Notes: generated from the sequence alone by a model not told the origin. Shown: positions 38,591 to 50,441, counted from the stretch's first letter. The stretch: DNA of 64,000 nucleotides from Lepidodermella squamata (GCA_047495785.1 JBLDXI010000001.1:2232001-2296000), one strand, 5' to 3'. Made by a program: numbers and translations.

Positions 38591-38675
38591 TTTCAACTAG
38601 CCGAAACAATTAGAATAAATCTACAATCCCCAAATAAAATTGATCAAATTCATCATAAGTAAAAATTTTGTATCG

Positions 38676-38951
38676 TTACGACTCCTGGCCATCAAAAAAG
38701 ATGATGTAGACGCAATGCAAGAATATGCTAACGATCAGAATGTCGAACGCGAGCCAAAATCCGAAGCTATCACTCATTTGTTCATCAAACACCACTAATC
38801 CATCGCCAAGTTTGATCGATGAGTCAACATTTTCAGCTTCTTCGAGTTCAATGGAGCCTAAAATGTTCGAATCGTTCGTCAAACAGTCAAGCGCCGTAAC
38901 CACCTTCTCCAGTTGTTCTTCAACGGAGTCGTAAAATGGGATCGAAGTCAT
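38676..38951 (-). CDS. Small acidic protein with C-terminal transmembrane helix
   Basis: FWLAFDILIVSIFLHCVYIIFFDGQ, homologous to the TM segment in 37450-37929; possible upstream exon. Confidence 0.55.
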   Translation of the reverse strand: MTSIPFYDSVEEQLEKVVTALDCLTNDSNILGSIELEEAENVDSSIKLGDGLVVFDEQMSDSFGFWLAFDILIVSIFLHCVYIIFFDGQES

Positions 38952-39098
38952 TGAACGCCGTAGATCTACAGGATCGATGGGTTAACTTTTAAAACTTAGA
39001 AACGTTCAAACAAACCAGGATTTGAGCAAACACAGTTATTCATCTTTGAAAAATATCTCAATTCTAAAATAAAACCCATGAATCAAAAGAAAGAAGTC

Positions 39099-39500
39099 TC
39101 AAATTTTGCAAAATATGAAAACGTACAAAACGAAACCCAAGACAGTAATCAAAGTAGAAAATAAAACAACAAGTAAAATACGTCGGAGCCAGGTCATTTT
39201 AGAATCACCGGTCTGCAATGACTCAGTTTCAACTTCGAAAACTTGACCATCATTCATAATTACGACAGGAGAGAGAACCATTTTCAATTTACGCAAAACT
39301 TCCAACTGACTGCCCGCCATAGCTAAAAGTTGCCTCTTCTTAACATTCGGCTTCCGGCCATCTAGAAATAAATTCATAAAAATTAGTAAAAAAATCAGGA
39401 AACTTTGAATTTTCAATACTTTGAATTTTCTCAATAACTTGGATCTGCTGCTCTTCCGCTTCCTCAAGCACCGCTAGACATTCGATTACATTCGCATTCA
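39099..39500 (-). CDS. Small protein with C-terminal transmembrane helix
   Basis: RRILLVVLFSTLITVLGFVLYVFIFCKI*; probable intron at about 39362-39420. Confidence 0.5.
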
Positions 39501-39706
39501 TCAATCAAAATATTTTTATTAACTATTTGAAAAAATTGAAAAAAACAATAGCGATAAAATTTGTTTTTTCTTCTTCTCAATTTTACATAATATTATTATT
39601 AAAAAAAGCAAGGATAAAATCAACAAAAATTCTTCATGAACTTCATCATTCTCTTTCGTAAAATTGAGCAAAAAAATTGGAAGGCCCGAGATATTTTAAA
39701 AAATTG

Positions 39707-40343
39707 TCAATCTTTGTGAACAACGCGTTTATGCTGGTACAGCCCAGCACTCTGCTTGAAAGCTTTCCCGCACAATTCGCACGCGAATCGCGGCGAGGCG
39801 TCGTGGATGTACCGATGCTGCCGGTACGCCGCCTGGCTCGCCAGCCGTTTCGGGCACAAATCGCATTGGTAACCTGGGGCATGATGTTCGCCGGTCGCAT
39901 CCGCCGATCCGCTCGGACCGGTTGTCACTGGAGTTGCATGACTCGCCTCGGCCTGGTTGTTGAATTCTTCGTCGTGTTCTTCGTCTTGGATGTATTCGGT
40001 GTAGTCCGGCTTCACCTCGGTGGCATTGCCGGAGCTATCGACCGCCAGGGGCATGCTGAATACCGGCCCGCCGTGCGTCGGGGCGGCTGGGTGAAGCTGG
40101 AGCCGTCCCAGGCCGGTGCCAGGGGAGGTTAGGAGTAGCATCGATGAAGCGAGAGGCGAGTTTGGTAAATTCGAGGCGGCAAAGTTTTGACCGATGGGTA
40201 GTACCTAATAAGAAATATTAATGATTTAATAATTTTCATTTCAGTGATTCATTCCGGAAATTGAGTTCCAGTTATAAACACTCTCGAAGCCCACGAACCT
40301 GTGAATTCTCGTAACTCCGCAACTCCGCGACCCTACTGCTCAT
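39707..40343 (-). CDS. Disordered/acidic two-finger protein
   Basis: CDLC..HRYIHDASPRFACELCGKAFKQSAGLYQHKRVVH; upstream exon MSSRVAEL..Q|GTTCGT. Confidence 0.8.
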
Positions 40344-40860
40344 GCCTGGGGCATTAATTCGCTGATGCCCAAACGAAGTTCAATCATTCGTCACTTTGCG
40401 AAACAATTTCTATTTACCGCGAAGAACTGACAGCTAACAACTTCGATTATTTCTTCGCTTATGACTTCGCTTAACGCGCGCAACATAATTTAAGGTGTCG
40501 CGCAACAGACCGTCGCGCAGAAGAAATTTATCCGCGCGTACACCACTTCAAAAGCAGCGCATTTGTAATCACAAGGTCGCGCAATAAGATAAATTTGTCG
40601 CAGAGCTAAAACAGAGCGTAGCTAACCCAATTTTATCGAAATTTGATTTAGAACAGGAGCAACCGAGCCGCATTTAGAATTCGACAAGAACATTCACGGC
40701 CTCGGCCGCCAGTTTTACAGACGTTAGAACAACCGCCCTGCGATTGTGCAGGTGCAATCAGACGTTGGTTGATTTTCAGACTGTTTTTCGACGAAGCCAG
40801 GCGTGTCATCAAAAATAATCCTGGCTTTGAATCGGCGCACTTATGCCAACGGTGCCACGG

Positions 40861-40883
40861 CTCTCTCTCTCTCTCTCTCTCTC
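40861..40883. repeat. (CT)n microsatellite
   Basis: About 11 CT units. Confidence 0.9.
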
Positions 40884-40918
40884 CTGTCTCTCGGTGGACG
40901 CCCGGGCTTGTTGCGCTT

Positions 40919-41799
40919 GAAAGCTACGACTTAACCCGGATTGGTTTCGTCCATACATAGACCCCATGATAGCGACGAATCGACATGTCTGAGAAGCGGT
41001 TTCGCTCAATTTGTGTGTAATTTCAACTTGAACTTCGTTCGCGTTTAGTTGGATACGCGTTTACATGGAATATAACAGGATACGAGCCGACTTGAGCCAA
41101 TTCATGGAAAACGCTCAGTTCCAGGTTCCAGCCTTCCAATTGGGGTTGCAATAACACGACCATTTTGTTCTATACCTAATTAATAGTCCTCGCAATCAGC
41201 ATTATTATTCTGATTATCGAGTCAACTGTAATGTCTGCTCTGCTTGAACGCCCTTACGCCGATCGCCTCGATCAAGCAGTCGCCCAAGTAAGGGCGGGGA
41301 ACATGTCCGGCGTTGTGGCCGCACGTGTCTACGGTGTCAAGAATTACACTATTTCGCGGCGCATGAAAAACGGCGATCTTCATCTCCGTGGCCGGCGGAC
41401 TCTCTTCAAACCGGAACAAGAACGGGCGATTGTGGACCGGTTGATTGTGGACCGGTTGCCCTTGACGCGTGATCGGATTCGGCAAGTCGCTTTCAAGTTT
41501 GCTGAAGAGCTGGCAGTCGAAAACCAGTTTAAAGACAGCAGAGCGAGCCAGAAATGGCTTCGCGGCTTTTTAAAGAGGCATGAAGACGTCGCGGCTCGAC
41601 GGGCTGAGACTTTGTCTTACGCGAGAGCCGCCAGTTTCACGAGGCATCGAATTTCCGAAATACCATCGAGCCATCAACCGGCGGTTAATGCAGCGGTTTG
41701 TGATGAATAATCGCCGTCGTCTTCGTCGAAAGCTACGACTTAGCCCGGATTGGTTTCGTCCATACATAGACCCCATGATAGCGACGAATCGACATGTCT
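40919..41799. repeat. 72-bp direct repeats, 40919-40990 and 41728-41799
   Basis: One mismatch between copies. Confidence 0.92.
41231..41710 (+). mobile_element. pogo/Fot1/Tigger-type transposase N-terminus (HTH-psq plus CENP-B HTH), no DDE domain
   Basis: LDQAVAQVRAGNMSGVVAARVYGVKNYTISRR; GRRTLFKPEQE; SQKWLRGFLKRH..RAETLSYARA. Confidence 0.88.
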
Positions 41800-42057
41800 T
41801 TGGCGAGAAAAATTATGAGAAATCGCCTTCCTCGGAGTATTTATTGCTCCAATCAAGCGCAATCCACCCAATCCATCTAATCTTCATACGCTTGAGGCCC
41901 CAGTTCTAAAGCACATACGCACCCGCTGCGCACCTCGACACGCACCCCGCGCGGCGTCTGAGACAGTTTGCCCTGTTTTACAGCCCGCGATCAAGGGATT
42001 ATCTGTATTCAAGTGTTTACTCGCCGGTTTAGCTGCTAGCTGCGTGAAGAGCTACGG

Positions 42058-42105
42058 GCCGTGTCCTTGAGACTAAAATGTACGTCTTAGTCTCAAGGCC
42101 GTGTC
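42058..42105. mobile_element. 32-bp foldback insertion with 8-bp target duplication
   Basis: GCCGTGTC-CTTGAGACTAA..TTAGTCTCAAG-GCCGTGTC. Confidence 0.65.
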
Positions 42106-43329
42106 CGGTCATTAAACTGGGTCGCCATAAACGCGCTACCTACAGCTACAACAACAAATCAACAGCTGCAAACTTTTTCGAGAAATGACCAATATACGAT
42201 ATTATTATAGGAATAATTTCAAGTGACCTGAATTGAAAGATGCGTCGACCATCGGGCCGACATCTTCCATTAAACTAGTCGCATAATTTAAAGTCTAAAA
42301 GACCTAACATCCAAGCCGAGAAAACATTTTTACACCGACGCACTCCCGTAGCACGGCCGTAGTATTCTACGTAGCAACCTCTTCTCTTCTCGCCGCCTCG
42401 TTGCCAAAAAATGGGCCCCTATTACCAAGGAAAGCCTAGGCTTCCGCGTACGACCCGGAGAAAACAGGTTGCCAGTTGTTTTTCAACTCGTTGTAGCCTT
42501 CAAAAATTCCACCTGTTGGTAGCTGGGATTCTACATCATCTGTTCAATCTGTTCATTGATCAATTCTTCAATTTCGTCGAGAAATCTCGTTTCACCGTTG
42601 AGAAAGATGAAATAAGGGCATGCTACGTGATTTGTATTTTGCGCGACTGGTGTTATTATCCTGCGCGACGGGTGTTAATATTCTGCGCGACACATTCTGC
42701 TAGTGCGCGACGCTTTCGTTTACTTTGCGCACATCTGTTTCTTTTGCGCGTTTACTGAATTTATTTGCGCGACGCCTGTCGAAGACCCCTAATAAACTTG
42801 GCTCGAAAAGCGCTATTAATCGACGTCTCGAAATTTTTGAACAGTCTCGGCATTTCGGCGATGGATGTTATTTCGGCTCATCAGAGAATTAGATTCCAGA
42901 AAGTTAGCGTCGACAACATCAGCGAAACCGTTGGATTTCAATCTTTGGGATTCTACCGCTGAACCTGAAACACTGTCCGAATGTCTCAAACCTCGTACAT
43001 ACTCAAGTCCATTATTTTTCAGAATTTTCTATTTTTTCCAAGAGATTTCCCATTTATTCCCATGGTCATCGAATGTTCTGAAAAGCCTCATCTCCAGCTT
43101 TAGTGGAAGGAATACCAGGGCAAACGACACGTCAATATTTACCAGTCAAGCAAAATTGTGGCTGATCCAAAATTACGAGAATTCAGCTGGGCTGTGGAAA
43201 GCAACAAGTGATGTCAAGTGACGACCATCCCGATATAAATGGTTTAGCAATCCTGTTTCTTTCTTCTGTCCTTTTTCTTCTTTGCCTTTTATCTTGCCTA
43301 TGTTTTTTTCATCTCTAGACGATAACTAA

Positions 43330-43900
43330 TCTCGCGTACTTGTCCCATCAACGCACTGCAGCTGGCAAGCGCGTTTCGTCTAACCACCACGAACCTTCCG
43401 TTTCGCTTTGACATTTTCGATCTTTGTGATCCTCGTTGGAGAGGCGTGTTCGTGTTCCTAGCGTCGGGTCGTACCTTGCTTAGTGCCAGGTGCGATACGC
43501 CTCCAATGCTGCCCAGTTCGTGCTGCCGCTGCGCGAGGACCTCGAGAGCGTCCGCCTGATGGCCCACCCTCCTCCGCGCTCGCCTTTTGTGATGTTGAGC
43601 AACAGCCTTCCTCGTTCCTCTGCCCGACTTCTTAAGTTAGGATGTTCTTCTCCTTTCTCCCATTTTCTATAGAATTCCTATCTCCGTTAGCTAACACTGC
43701 CTCGACCTCTTTTCTCCATTATGCTCTCCCCGCACTTCCGTGTTCTATGTTTATTTCTGCACCTGATAACTACCCTGAAATTGATATAACCCTCGCCCTC
43801 GTCATTTTCCGTCTCTCACTTGCACCGTCGATACGATGAGCTTGGCTCCATCTTGCTATCACGAGCCTCTTGTTTCATTGGCCTTTATTTTAGTTATTCA
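43330..43900 (+). mobile_element. Probable LINE 3' remnant
   Basis: Degenerate RL..C..DT..LQCCP..R segment followed by a pyrimidine-rich tail. Confidence 0.4.
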
Positions 43901-44584
43901 GAATTTTTTCGAAAGAGAAGTGGAAAGAGAGGAAGGATTTTCATGTTTTATGTTTTATGTGAATTAATCGCAAAAGAAAGATTCATTATTTTGTTTCAAT
44001 TTCATAAGGACAATAAACTTGGAATTGAGAGAAATTCCCTAAAAAATATGGCCCATTTTCACTGATAGGTTACTCAGTATGAAATAATTCCCAAAAATGT
44101 CTCCAGCTGCGAATTTCTCAGTTAAAATTGACCTAGGCTAATAATAGGAACCTTACCGAACCAACATGTCGGCCGAACAATCTGACGCCAAGTTCTTCGA
44201 TCACGTGCTGTTGAGCAGCAACAGTGTGCGACATTTGAGTCAGCATTTCCATTAGTTGTGGTTGATTAGTAATCAGCTGAGCACCTGGAAAGCATGAAAT
44301 TGAGTGGGAAATTCCATCCCGAGGAATCGCAAACTTTTCACTTACCTTGACAAATGCTGCCGAGCCGCAGGGCTAAGGCACCTATTTCTGCCAGGCAATC
44401 AGCACAACTTTTCGCATTGTTTTGACCGGGGCCGGCATTCGATGAGGGCGTCGAGGCAGATGCCATTAAACATCGAATTAATTACTTAAAAATCTCTAAA
44501 AAGTAAATCGTAGGTCGAAGGTTGAAGTATTTTCAGAAATATTAACAAATAATAAAATCGAAGCACGTGAATAAGTTAGTCAGA

Positions 44585-44899
44585 TTAGGCTTTGCGATGT
44601 TTCTTGCGATGCTGAGCCAACCCTGGCTGTTGCCGGAAAGTTTGTCCGCAAGTTTCGCATTTGAATCGGCCGACAGGGTCGTGAACCCCCTGATGCTGTT
44701 TAAGCAGCATGGCAGTTTTAGCCGTATAAGAACAAACCGGGCATGTCAAAGGGTCTCTCTCGACTGGGTTGGCAAATTCATACGGTGCAGGCGACTTTCC
44801 AGATGTTAAATCCGTAATAATTTGCTTCAATTTTACATTTTCGGCGTTAGAATCGGCTAACCGTTGTTTTAGCAAGGCACATTCCACACAATTAGACAT
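44585..44899 (-). CDS. CxxC/coiled-coil/YxF/two-finger microprotein A1
   Basis: MSNCVEC..PYEF..DPLTCPVC..HDPVGRFKCETC. Confidence 0.9.
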   Translation of the reverse strand: MSNCVECALLKQRLADSNAENVKLKQIITDLTSGKSPAPYEFANPVERDPLTCPVCSYTAKTAMLLKQHQGVHDPVGRFKCETCGQTFRQQPGLAQHRKKHRKA

Positions 44900-45009
44900 T
44901 TTTCAACTCTCTCAGACCTATAAAAGGAAGTAAATCGATTTTCACGAATTTTCTTTTCCTCGACAGTTTTTATCAATTTACATGGAAAAATAAAAATTTC
45001 CAACAATGT

Positions 45010-45285
45010 TTAGCTGCATCGTTTGCGGTGGGAATACAAAGCTTGCCTCTGGCGGAAGCTGCTGCTGCATTTCTCGCACTTGTACCGCGCAACAGAATCA
45101 TGAGTCAGCCGGTGATTTACCAGGTACTGCCGATTTTTAGCCTTGAACGAACAAACCGGGCATTCGAGGGGATCACGCGCTACTTCACTCGCAAACTGAT
45201 AGTTGAGCGATTGTTTTTTCAATAGTTCAGCTTTCAATCGATCGATTTCGCGATCTTTCTCAATACAGCGTGGGCAATTTTCCAT
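45010..45285 (-). CDS. Microprotein A2
   Basis: MENCPRC..NYQF..DPLECPVC; second finger C2HC. Confidence 0.9.
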   Translation of the reverse strand: MENCPRCIEKDREIDRLKAELLKKQSLNYQFASEVARDPLECPVCSFKAKNRQYLVNHRLTHDSVARYKCEKCSSSFRQRQALYSHRKRCS

Positions 45286-45390
45286 CAAATTTAGCTTAAC
45301 ACGTTACTTCCTAGGGCGATTATTATTACCCGGAAATCAAATGTTTGAAAACTTTCATAAATAAGGGAAATTTAATGGTTCTCTTCAAAT

Positions 45391-45678
45391 TTACCGCCCA
45401 CCGCAAATTTTACGATGGTGGCACAGTCCGGATTGTTGGCGAAAGTTTCGATTGCACATCTCACACGTGTAACGACCAACAGGGTCGTGGATGTCCTTGT
45501 GTTGTAGCAACAGCCAGGAAGATTTCGCAGTGAACGAGCAAATCGGACAGGCGAGCGGATTTTTCGCGGTATCAGGGGCAAAATTATAGGTTGATTTCCC
45601 GGCAGACATCACCTCAATTTGCTGTCTCAATTTCGCATTTTCCGCCTTCAAAGCCTCGCAACTGGCACAAGTATTCAT
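45391..45678 (-). CDS. Microprotein A3
   Basis: MNTCASC..TYNF..NPLACPIC. Confidence 0.9.
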   Translation of the reverse strand: MNTCASCEALKAENAKLRQQIEVMSAGKSTYNFAPDTAKNPLACPICSFTAKSSWLLLQHKDIHDPVGRYTCEMCNRNFRQQSGLCHHRKICGGR

Positions 45679-45760
45679 AGTAAGGATATTGATAAGAGCC
45701 TAAAAGTTGCAATACCAATTCAACTTAAATTAACACGAAATTTTAGTTAATAAAAACGAG

Positions 45761-46087
45761 TTATTTCGAACACTTTTTACGATGGCGGGACAAGGCTTGA
45801 CTCTGTCGAAATGCAACTCCACAGGCATCACAACGGAACCTCCGAACAGGGTCATGCTTTGCCATGTGGCTTTTCAAGAGATGAAGAGATTTTGCTACGA
45901 ACGAACAGACCGAACATGTCAAAGGATCCAACGCTTCTTGAGCTGCGAAGTTGTAAGCCGGTTGATTTGACGACCTCTCAGCTTTCAATGAATCGTTTTC
46001 AAGTTTCAAGCGCGAAATCTCAACTTCTAAGGCCGCGTTTTCAGCCTCGGATGACGCTAGCTTCGCGCACCCTCGACAGTTATTCAT
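45761..46087 (-). CDS. Microprotein A4
   Basis: MNNCRGC..PAYNF..DPLTCSVC. Confidence 0.9.
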   Translation of the reverse strand: MNNCRGCAKLASSEAENAALEVEISRLKLENDSLKAERSSNQPAYNFAAQEALDPLTCSVCSFVAKSLHLLKSHMAKHDPVRRFRCDACGVAFRQSQALSRHRKKCSK

Positions 46088-46539
46088 AATACTTGGGAGA
46101 CAACGAAGACAACTTTAAATTAGAAATTAAATAGGAAAACCTAAAAAGTTGAGCGTATACGCAAAATTCTAACAAAATGAACCGAAGATTTAGAAGATCG
46201 GAAAATGAAAACGTTCAGGAGAACTGAATAGTGCGTCCCAGATGTTGCGCAACCATCCAATCTTCAATTTTCAAATCAATTGAGTCTTTTCCGCCTACTT
46301 TCCTTGGGTCCACTCAAAATCCAAAATACAAACGATGGAAGCTTGTAGAAAATAAAAAATTAAGTATCAATCAACTAAGCTTCAATTTTTTCATTCGGAA
46401 ATCAAATTGTTGATCCATCAAAATGAAAGAGTCAGGTTTCAAAACGGTTCCACCTCTTTTCATTGAAAATACTCATTTAATCTTATTCGCACCGCAACGC
46501 GAAGTAGTTAAAAATAAAACCTTCAATGCTTGTGACTGA

Positions 46540-46857
46540 TCATTTCCCGCAGCGTCTTAGATGATAACTTAAGCCTTGATGCTGTTGATAGGCTTTCCCG
46601 CAGGTCACACAACGAAACCTCCGAACAGGATCATGCTTCGCCATGTGGCTCCTTAGAAGATTGGCCGATTTTGCTACAAACGAGCAGATCGAACACGTTA
46701 GAGGATCCAACGCCTCTGGTGTCGCGAAGTTGTAGGCCGGTTGATTTGTCGTTCTCTCGGCTTTTAACGACTCGTTTTCTTGCTTTAAACGAGAATTTTC
46801 TACCTGCAAAGCCGCTATTTCTGCCTCGAAAGACGCACACCCCAAGCAGTTATTCAT
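46540..46857 (-). CDS. Microprotein A5
   Basis: MNNCLGC..PAYNF..DPLTCSIC. Confidence 0.9.
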   Translation of the reverse strand: MNNCLGCASFEAEIAALQVENSRLKQENESLKAERTTNQPAYNFATPEALDPLTCSICSFVAKSANLLRSHMAKHDPVRRFRCVTCGKAYQQHQGLSYHLRRCGK

Positions 46858-47151
46858 ATATATAATTCGAGAAAATCGAGGAATTTCTAAGTAGATTCGA
46901 TGAGAAATAAAGTTAGGAAAACTTGAATCTTCATATTTAACATCAAATTAATTGAAGAGAAAGATTCAAAAAATCTGGTCAATAGAATACAGAAATTGGA
47001 AATCATAAATAATGAACAAGGCAACTATTTTTTCGGATTTTCTTCAGCAGGTCAAACATTTTTCCGAGAAAACAAGAAGTGCCTAAATTCGTTAAATTTC
47101 CGTTGAAAATGAATACAAATTCAAATTACTGTCATCAATGCATGTGACTGA

Positions 47152-47481
47152 TCATTTCGCGCAGCCCCTTCTCAGATGTTTATTTACGCTTTGCTGCTGT
47201 TGATAGGTTTTCCCGCAGGTCACGCATTCGAACCTCCGAACGGGATCATGCTTGGCCATGTGGCTTTTTAAGAGGTGAAAGGATTTTGCTACAAACGAAC
47301 AGACCGAACATGTCAAAGGATCCAAAGCTTCCGGAGTCGCGAAGTTATAGGCAGGTTGACTTGACGTTCTCTCAGCTTTCAACGAATCGTTTTCTCGCTT
47401 CAAACGCAAATTTTCCACTTTCAGGGCCGCGTTTTCAGCCTCGAATGACGAAAGCTTCACACAACCACGACAGTTGTTCAT
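47152..47481 (-). CDS. Microprotein A6
   Basis: MNNCRGC..PAYNF; ATG 47481. Confidence 0.9.
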   Translation of the reverse strand: MNNCRGCVKLSSFEAENAALKVENLRLKRENDSLKAERTSSQPAYNFATPEALDPLTCSVCSFVAKSFHLLKSHMAKHDPVRRFECVTCGKTYQQQQSVNKHLRRGCAK

Positions 47482-47888
47482 AATACTTAGAGACAAAGGA
47501 GAAAAACTTTCCGAAATTAGAAATTAAATACGAAATCCTAAAAATTAGAGGGTGTAAATATCGAAAAAATGAATCTAAGATTCCGACGATCAAAAAATGA
47601 AAATGTTCAGGTGAACGGAATAGCTACAGCGTGCCCAATAAGCTGCATTATTTTCGTTCTCATAATTTCTATTTTCAAGCAATTCAGTAATTTCCAACTC
47701 TAATTTTCTAATTAGCCATTCTGATAAATTGTCCGCGAATTTTTTAGTTAATTATGGGTCACACTGAAAATCCCAAAGATATGATATCATAGAGCAAGGT
47801 TATGAAACGGTTCGATCACTTTTCGCTGAAAATATTCTTCTTCGCGCCGTGTTAAAAATAGAACCATGTCCTCAATGCTAGTGACTGA

Positions 47889-48209
47889 TCATTTCGCGCA
47901 GCCCTTCCTTAGATGATTACTTAGGCCTTGCTGCTGCTGAAAAGAATTCCCGCAGGTCACACATTTGAACCTCCGAACAGGATCATGCTTCGCCATGTGG
48001 CTCTTCAGAAGGTAGACTTTCTTCGCTACGAACGCGCAGATCGAACACGTTAACGGATCCAATGCTTCTGGAGTCGCGAAGTTGTAGGCCGGCTGATTTG
48101 ACATTTTTTCAGCTTTCAACGACTCGATTTCTCGCTTTAGACGCGAATTTTCGACTTTTAGGGCCCCGTTTTCTGCCTCGAAGTTCACACAACCACGACA
48201 TTTATCCAT
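47889..48209 (-). CDS. Microprotein A7
   Basis: MDKCRGC..PAYNF. Confidence 0.9.
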   Translation of the reverse strand: MDKCRGCVNFEAENGALKVENSRLKREIESLKAEKMSNQPAYNFATPEALDPLTCSICAFVAKKVYLLKSHMAKHDPVRRFKCVTCGNSFQQQQGLSNHLRKGCAK

Positions 48210-48508
48210 GATAATTCGAGAAAAACAACTAATTTCCTATATGGAAATTTTCGAAATGAGAAGCAAAAAATGGATTGCAAATCCCAATTTTTATCAGATG
48301 TAACATCGAATTAACGAACCAATCAACCGAATGAATTATCCGCATTGAAGTTGTTTGCCTACAGAAGATCAATTATTATCGAAATCAACTATGATTTTTT
48401 CATATTTTCCGATTTTAGTAGTGACTTCGAAGAGCGCTGTTCCGCATCACTTGACTTATAAATAAAATTTACCAGTAAAAGGTCGTCGAAACTTGTGATT
48501 AAAAGCGA

Positions 48509-48828
48509 TTAATTCGCACAGCCCTTTCTAAGATGACCGTTCAAGTTTTGACGCTGCTGATACGTTTTCCCGCAATTCTCGCAACGGAACCTCCGAAAAG
48601 GGTCATGCCTAGCCATATGGCTCTTGAGAAGGTAAGCAGTCTTCGCCACAAACGAGCAGACCGAAAAGTCAACGGATCTACGGCTTCTTGAGCTGCGAAG
48701 TTGTAGGCCGGTTGGTAGGACGATTTTTCGGCTCGTAGCAACTCAATTTCACGATTCAAACGCGAGATCTCTGCCTTCAAAGAGGCGTTTGCCGTCTCTA
48801 GTGAAGCGCAGCCAAGACAGTTACTCAT
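48509..48828 (-). pseudogene. Microprotein A8, frameshift at the first Cys of finger 1
   Basis: 1-nt deletion near 48665; the other frame ends HLRKGCAN*. Confidence 0.8.
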
Positions 48829-48893
48829 TGAAAAAACTAGAAAATATACAAATAATACAGATTTTTCTCGAAATTTTTCAAGAGAACGTCAAA

Positions 48894-49187
48894 TCAGCCG
48901 CTATGTTGAACTTTGCGATGTCGATAGTAGCCATGGGGTTGACGAAAAATCTTGCCACAATATTCGCACTTGTAACGTCCGACGGGGTCATGAATGGCCT
49001 GGTGGTGTTTCAGCGACAGTGCGCTTTTGGCTGTAAACGAGCAAACCGGGCATGTCAGAGGGTCACTAGCGACTTCAGGTTTGAAACTATAGGCTGAATT
49101 TCCATCAGTCATCGACTCAATCTGCAACTTCAATCGCTCAATTTCAGCTTTCAACGAGGCATTAGTAACACAACCAGGGCAGCTCAT
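48894..49187 (-). CDS. Microprotein A9
   Basis: MSCPGC..AYSF..DPLTCPVC; ATG 49187. Confidence 0.9.
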   Translation of the reverse strand: MSCPGCVTNASLKAEIERLKLQIESMTDGNSAYSFKPEVASDPLTCPVCSFTAKSALSLKHHQAIHDPVGRYKCEYCGKIFRQPHGYYRHRKVQHSG

Positions 49188-49556
49188 ATTACCGAAAAAT
49201 GCAAAAAAACTAAAAATTCGAACTTCAAATTCAATTTTAAAGAAATATAGACCCAGGCGTTGTTCAACCATTCGAATCTTGTAATTATTTTCAGGAAATG
49301 AGTATTTTCCTAAAATCGAATAATTTAATTGATACCGATGGATACGTTTCATACTAACCCATTGCATTATGAATTTTTCTGACCATGAAACCTCTCAACC
49401 AAGTTTTTTCTTCACTAAGTCAAATTATTCAACTATACAATCAAAGAGCAAGATATCAAAACGGTTCGATCACTTTTTATCGAAAAATCGCGAAACTCAT
49501 AACGCCACGATCCGTTTCAACAAATTAAACGAGTAAAAATGAAAATAATGTCCTCA

Positions 49557-50033
49557 TTACTTTTCGCTGATCATTTTGCAGCCCTTCCTCTTATGATAAC
49601 TCAAGTCTTGAGGCTGTTTGAAGGTTTCCCCGCAGGTCTTGCAACTGAACTTCCCGACGGGATCGTGCCTCCACATGTGGTTCTTCAGGCGGGAACCGGA
49701 TTTTCCTACGTACGAACAGATCGAACACGTCCAACGATTCAATGCTTTCGGGGCTGCCGAATTGAAGGCCGGTTGATTCGACGTTCTCACAGCTTGCAAA
49801 GACTCGTTTTCTAGCTTCAAACGCGAATTCTCCGCTTTCAACGCTAACGACTCATTCTCTTGCTTTCAACGAGAATTCTCCACTTTCAAAGCCGCGATTT
49901 CGGCCTCGAAAGACGGCGCAAGACTAAGAGGGCCACTAGCGACTTCAGGTGCAACAGCACAGGCTGAATTTCCGTCAGCCATCGACTCAATCTGCAACTT
50001 CAATCGCGCAATTTAAGTTCCAGAGCAGCTCAT
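49557..50033 (-). pseudogene. Microprotein A10, chimeric and disrupted
   Basis: A9-like 5' part fused to an A5-like coiled coil with stops; fingers intact. Confidence 0.75.
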
Positions 50034-50092
50034 ATTTACGAAAAAGTTCAAGAAATAACTAAAAATTCGAACGATAGATATCAAGATGAATT

Positions 50093-50395
50093 TTAACGGT
50101 GGACAGTTCTAAGATGTCTCAACGAGTTTTGCCTGTGATGAAACGTTTTCCCGCAATTTTCGCAGCTGAACTGGCCAACCGGTTCGTGCTTCACCTTGTG
50201 GCTTTTCAGCAGTGCGACACTTTTAGCTGTAAACGAGCAAACAGGGCACGTCAAAGGGTTAAGAGCTTCCTGGGCCGCGAACTGATAATTCGGCTGAGAC
50301 GTAGAACTCTGTTTCAGAGTCAAAATTTCAGCTTCCAACTCCGAGATTCTTCGTTTCAACGACACGTTTTCGATACAGCCTTTACAGTTACTCAT
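50093..50395 (-). CDS. Microprotein A11
   Basis: MSNCKGC..PNYQF..NPLTCPVC. Confidence 0.9.
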   Translation of the reverse strand: MSNCKGCIENVSLKRRISELEAEILTLKQSSTSQPNYQFAAQEALNPLTCPVCSFTAKSVALLKSHKVKHEPVGQFSCENCGKTFHHRQNSLRHLRTVHR

Positions 50396-50441
50396 CTTAC
50401 AAATAATCCGCCTAAAAATTATCCAATCGAAGGTTTATTCA
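50396..50441 (-). promoter_or_regulatory. Intercistronic-type spacer: AATAAA overlapping the stop, then a TTTTTAG acceptor
   Basis: TGAATAAA..TTTTTAG|16 nt|ATG within 43 nt. Confidence 0.6.

Larger units (their letters stand above)
36388..38627. repeat. Tandem segmental duplication, 36388-37140 vs 37889-38627
   Basis: Near-identical over the first ~500 bp, more diverged after that. Confidence 0.9.

Noticed and set aside
40919-41799. 72-bp direct repeats as LTRs or a CRISPR array
   Set aside because: Only two copies, no TG..CA ends, PBS or gag-pol, and eukaryotic context
42865-43221. PLDFNLWD as a Tc1/mariner catalytic motif
   Set aside because: No surrounding WPxxSPDL or other transposase motifs; too weak to call
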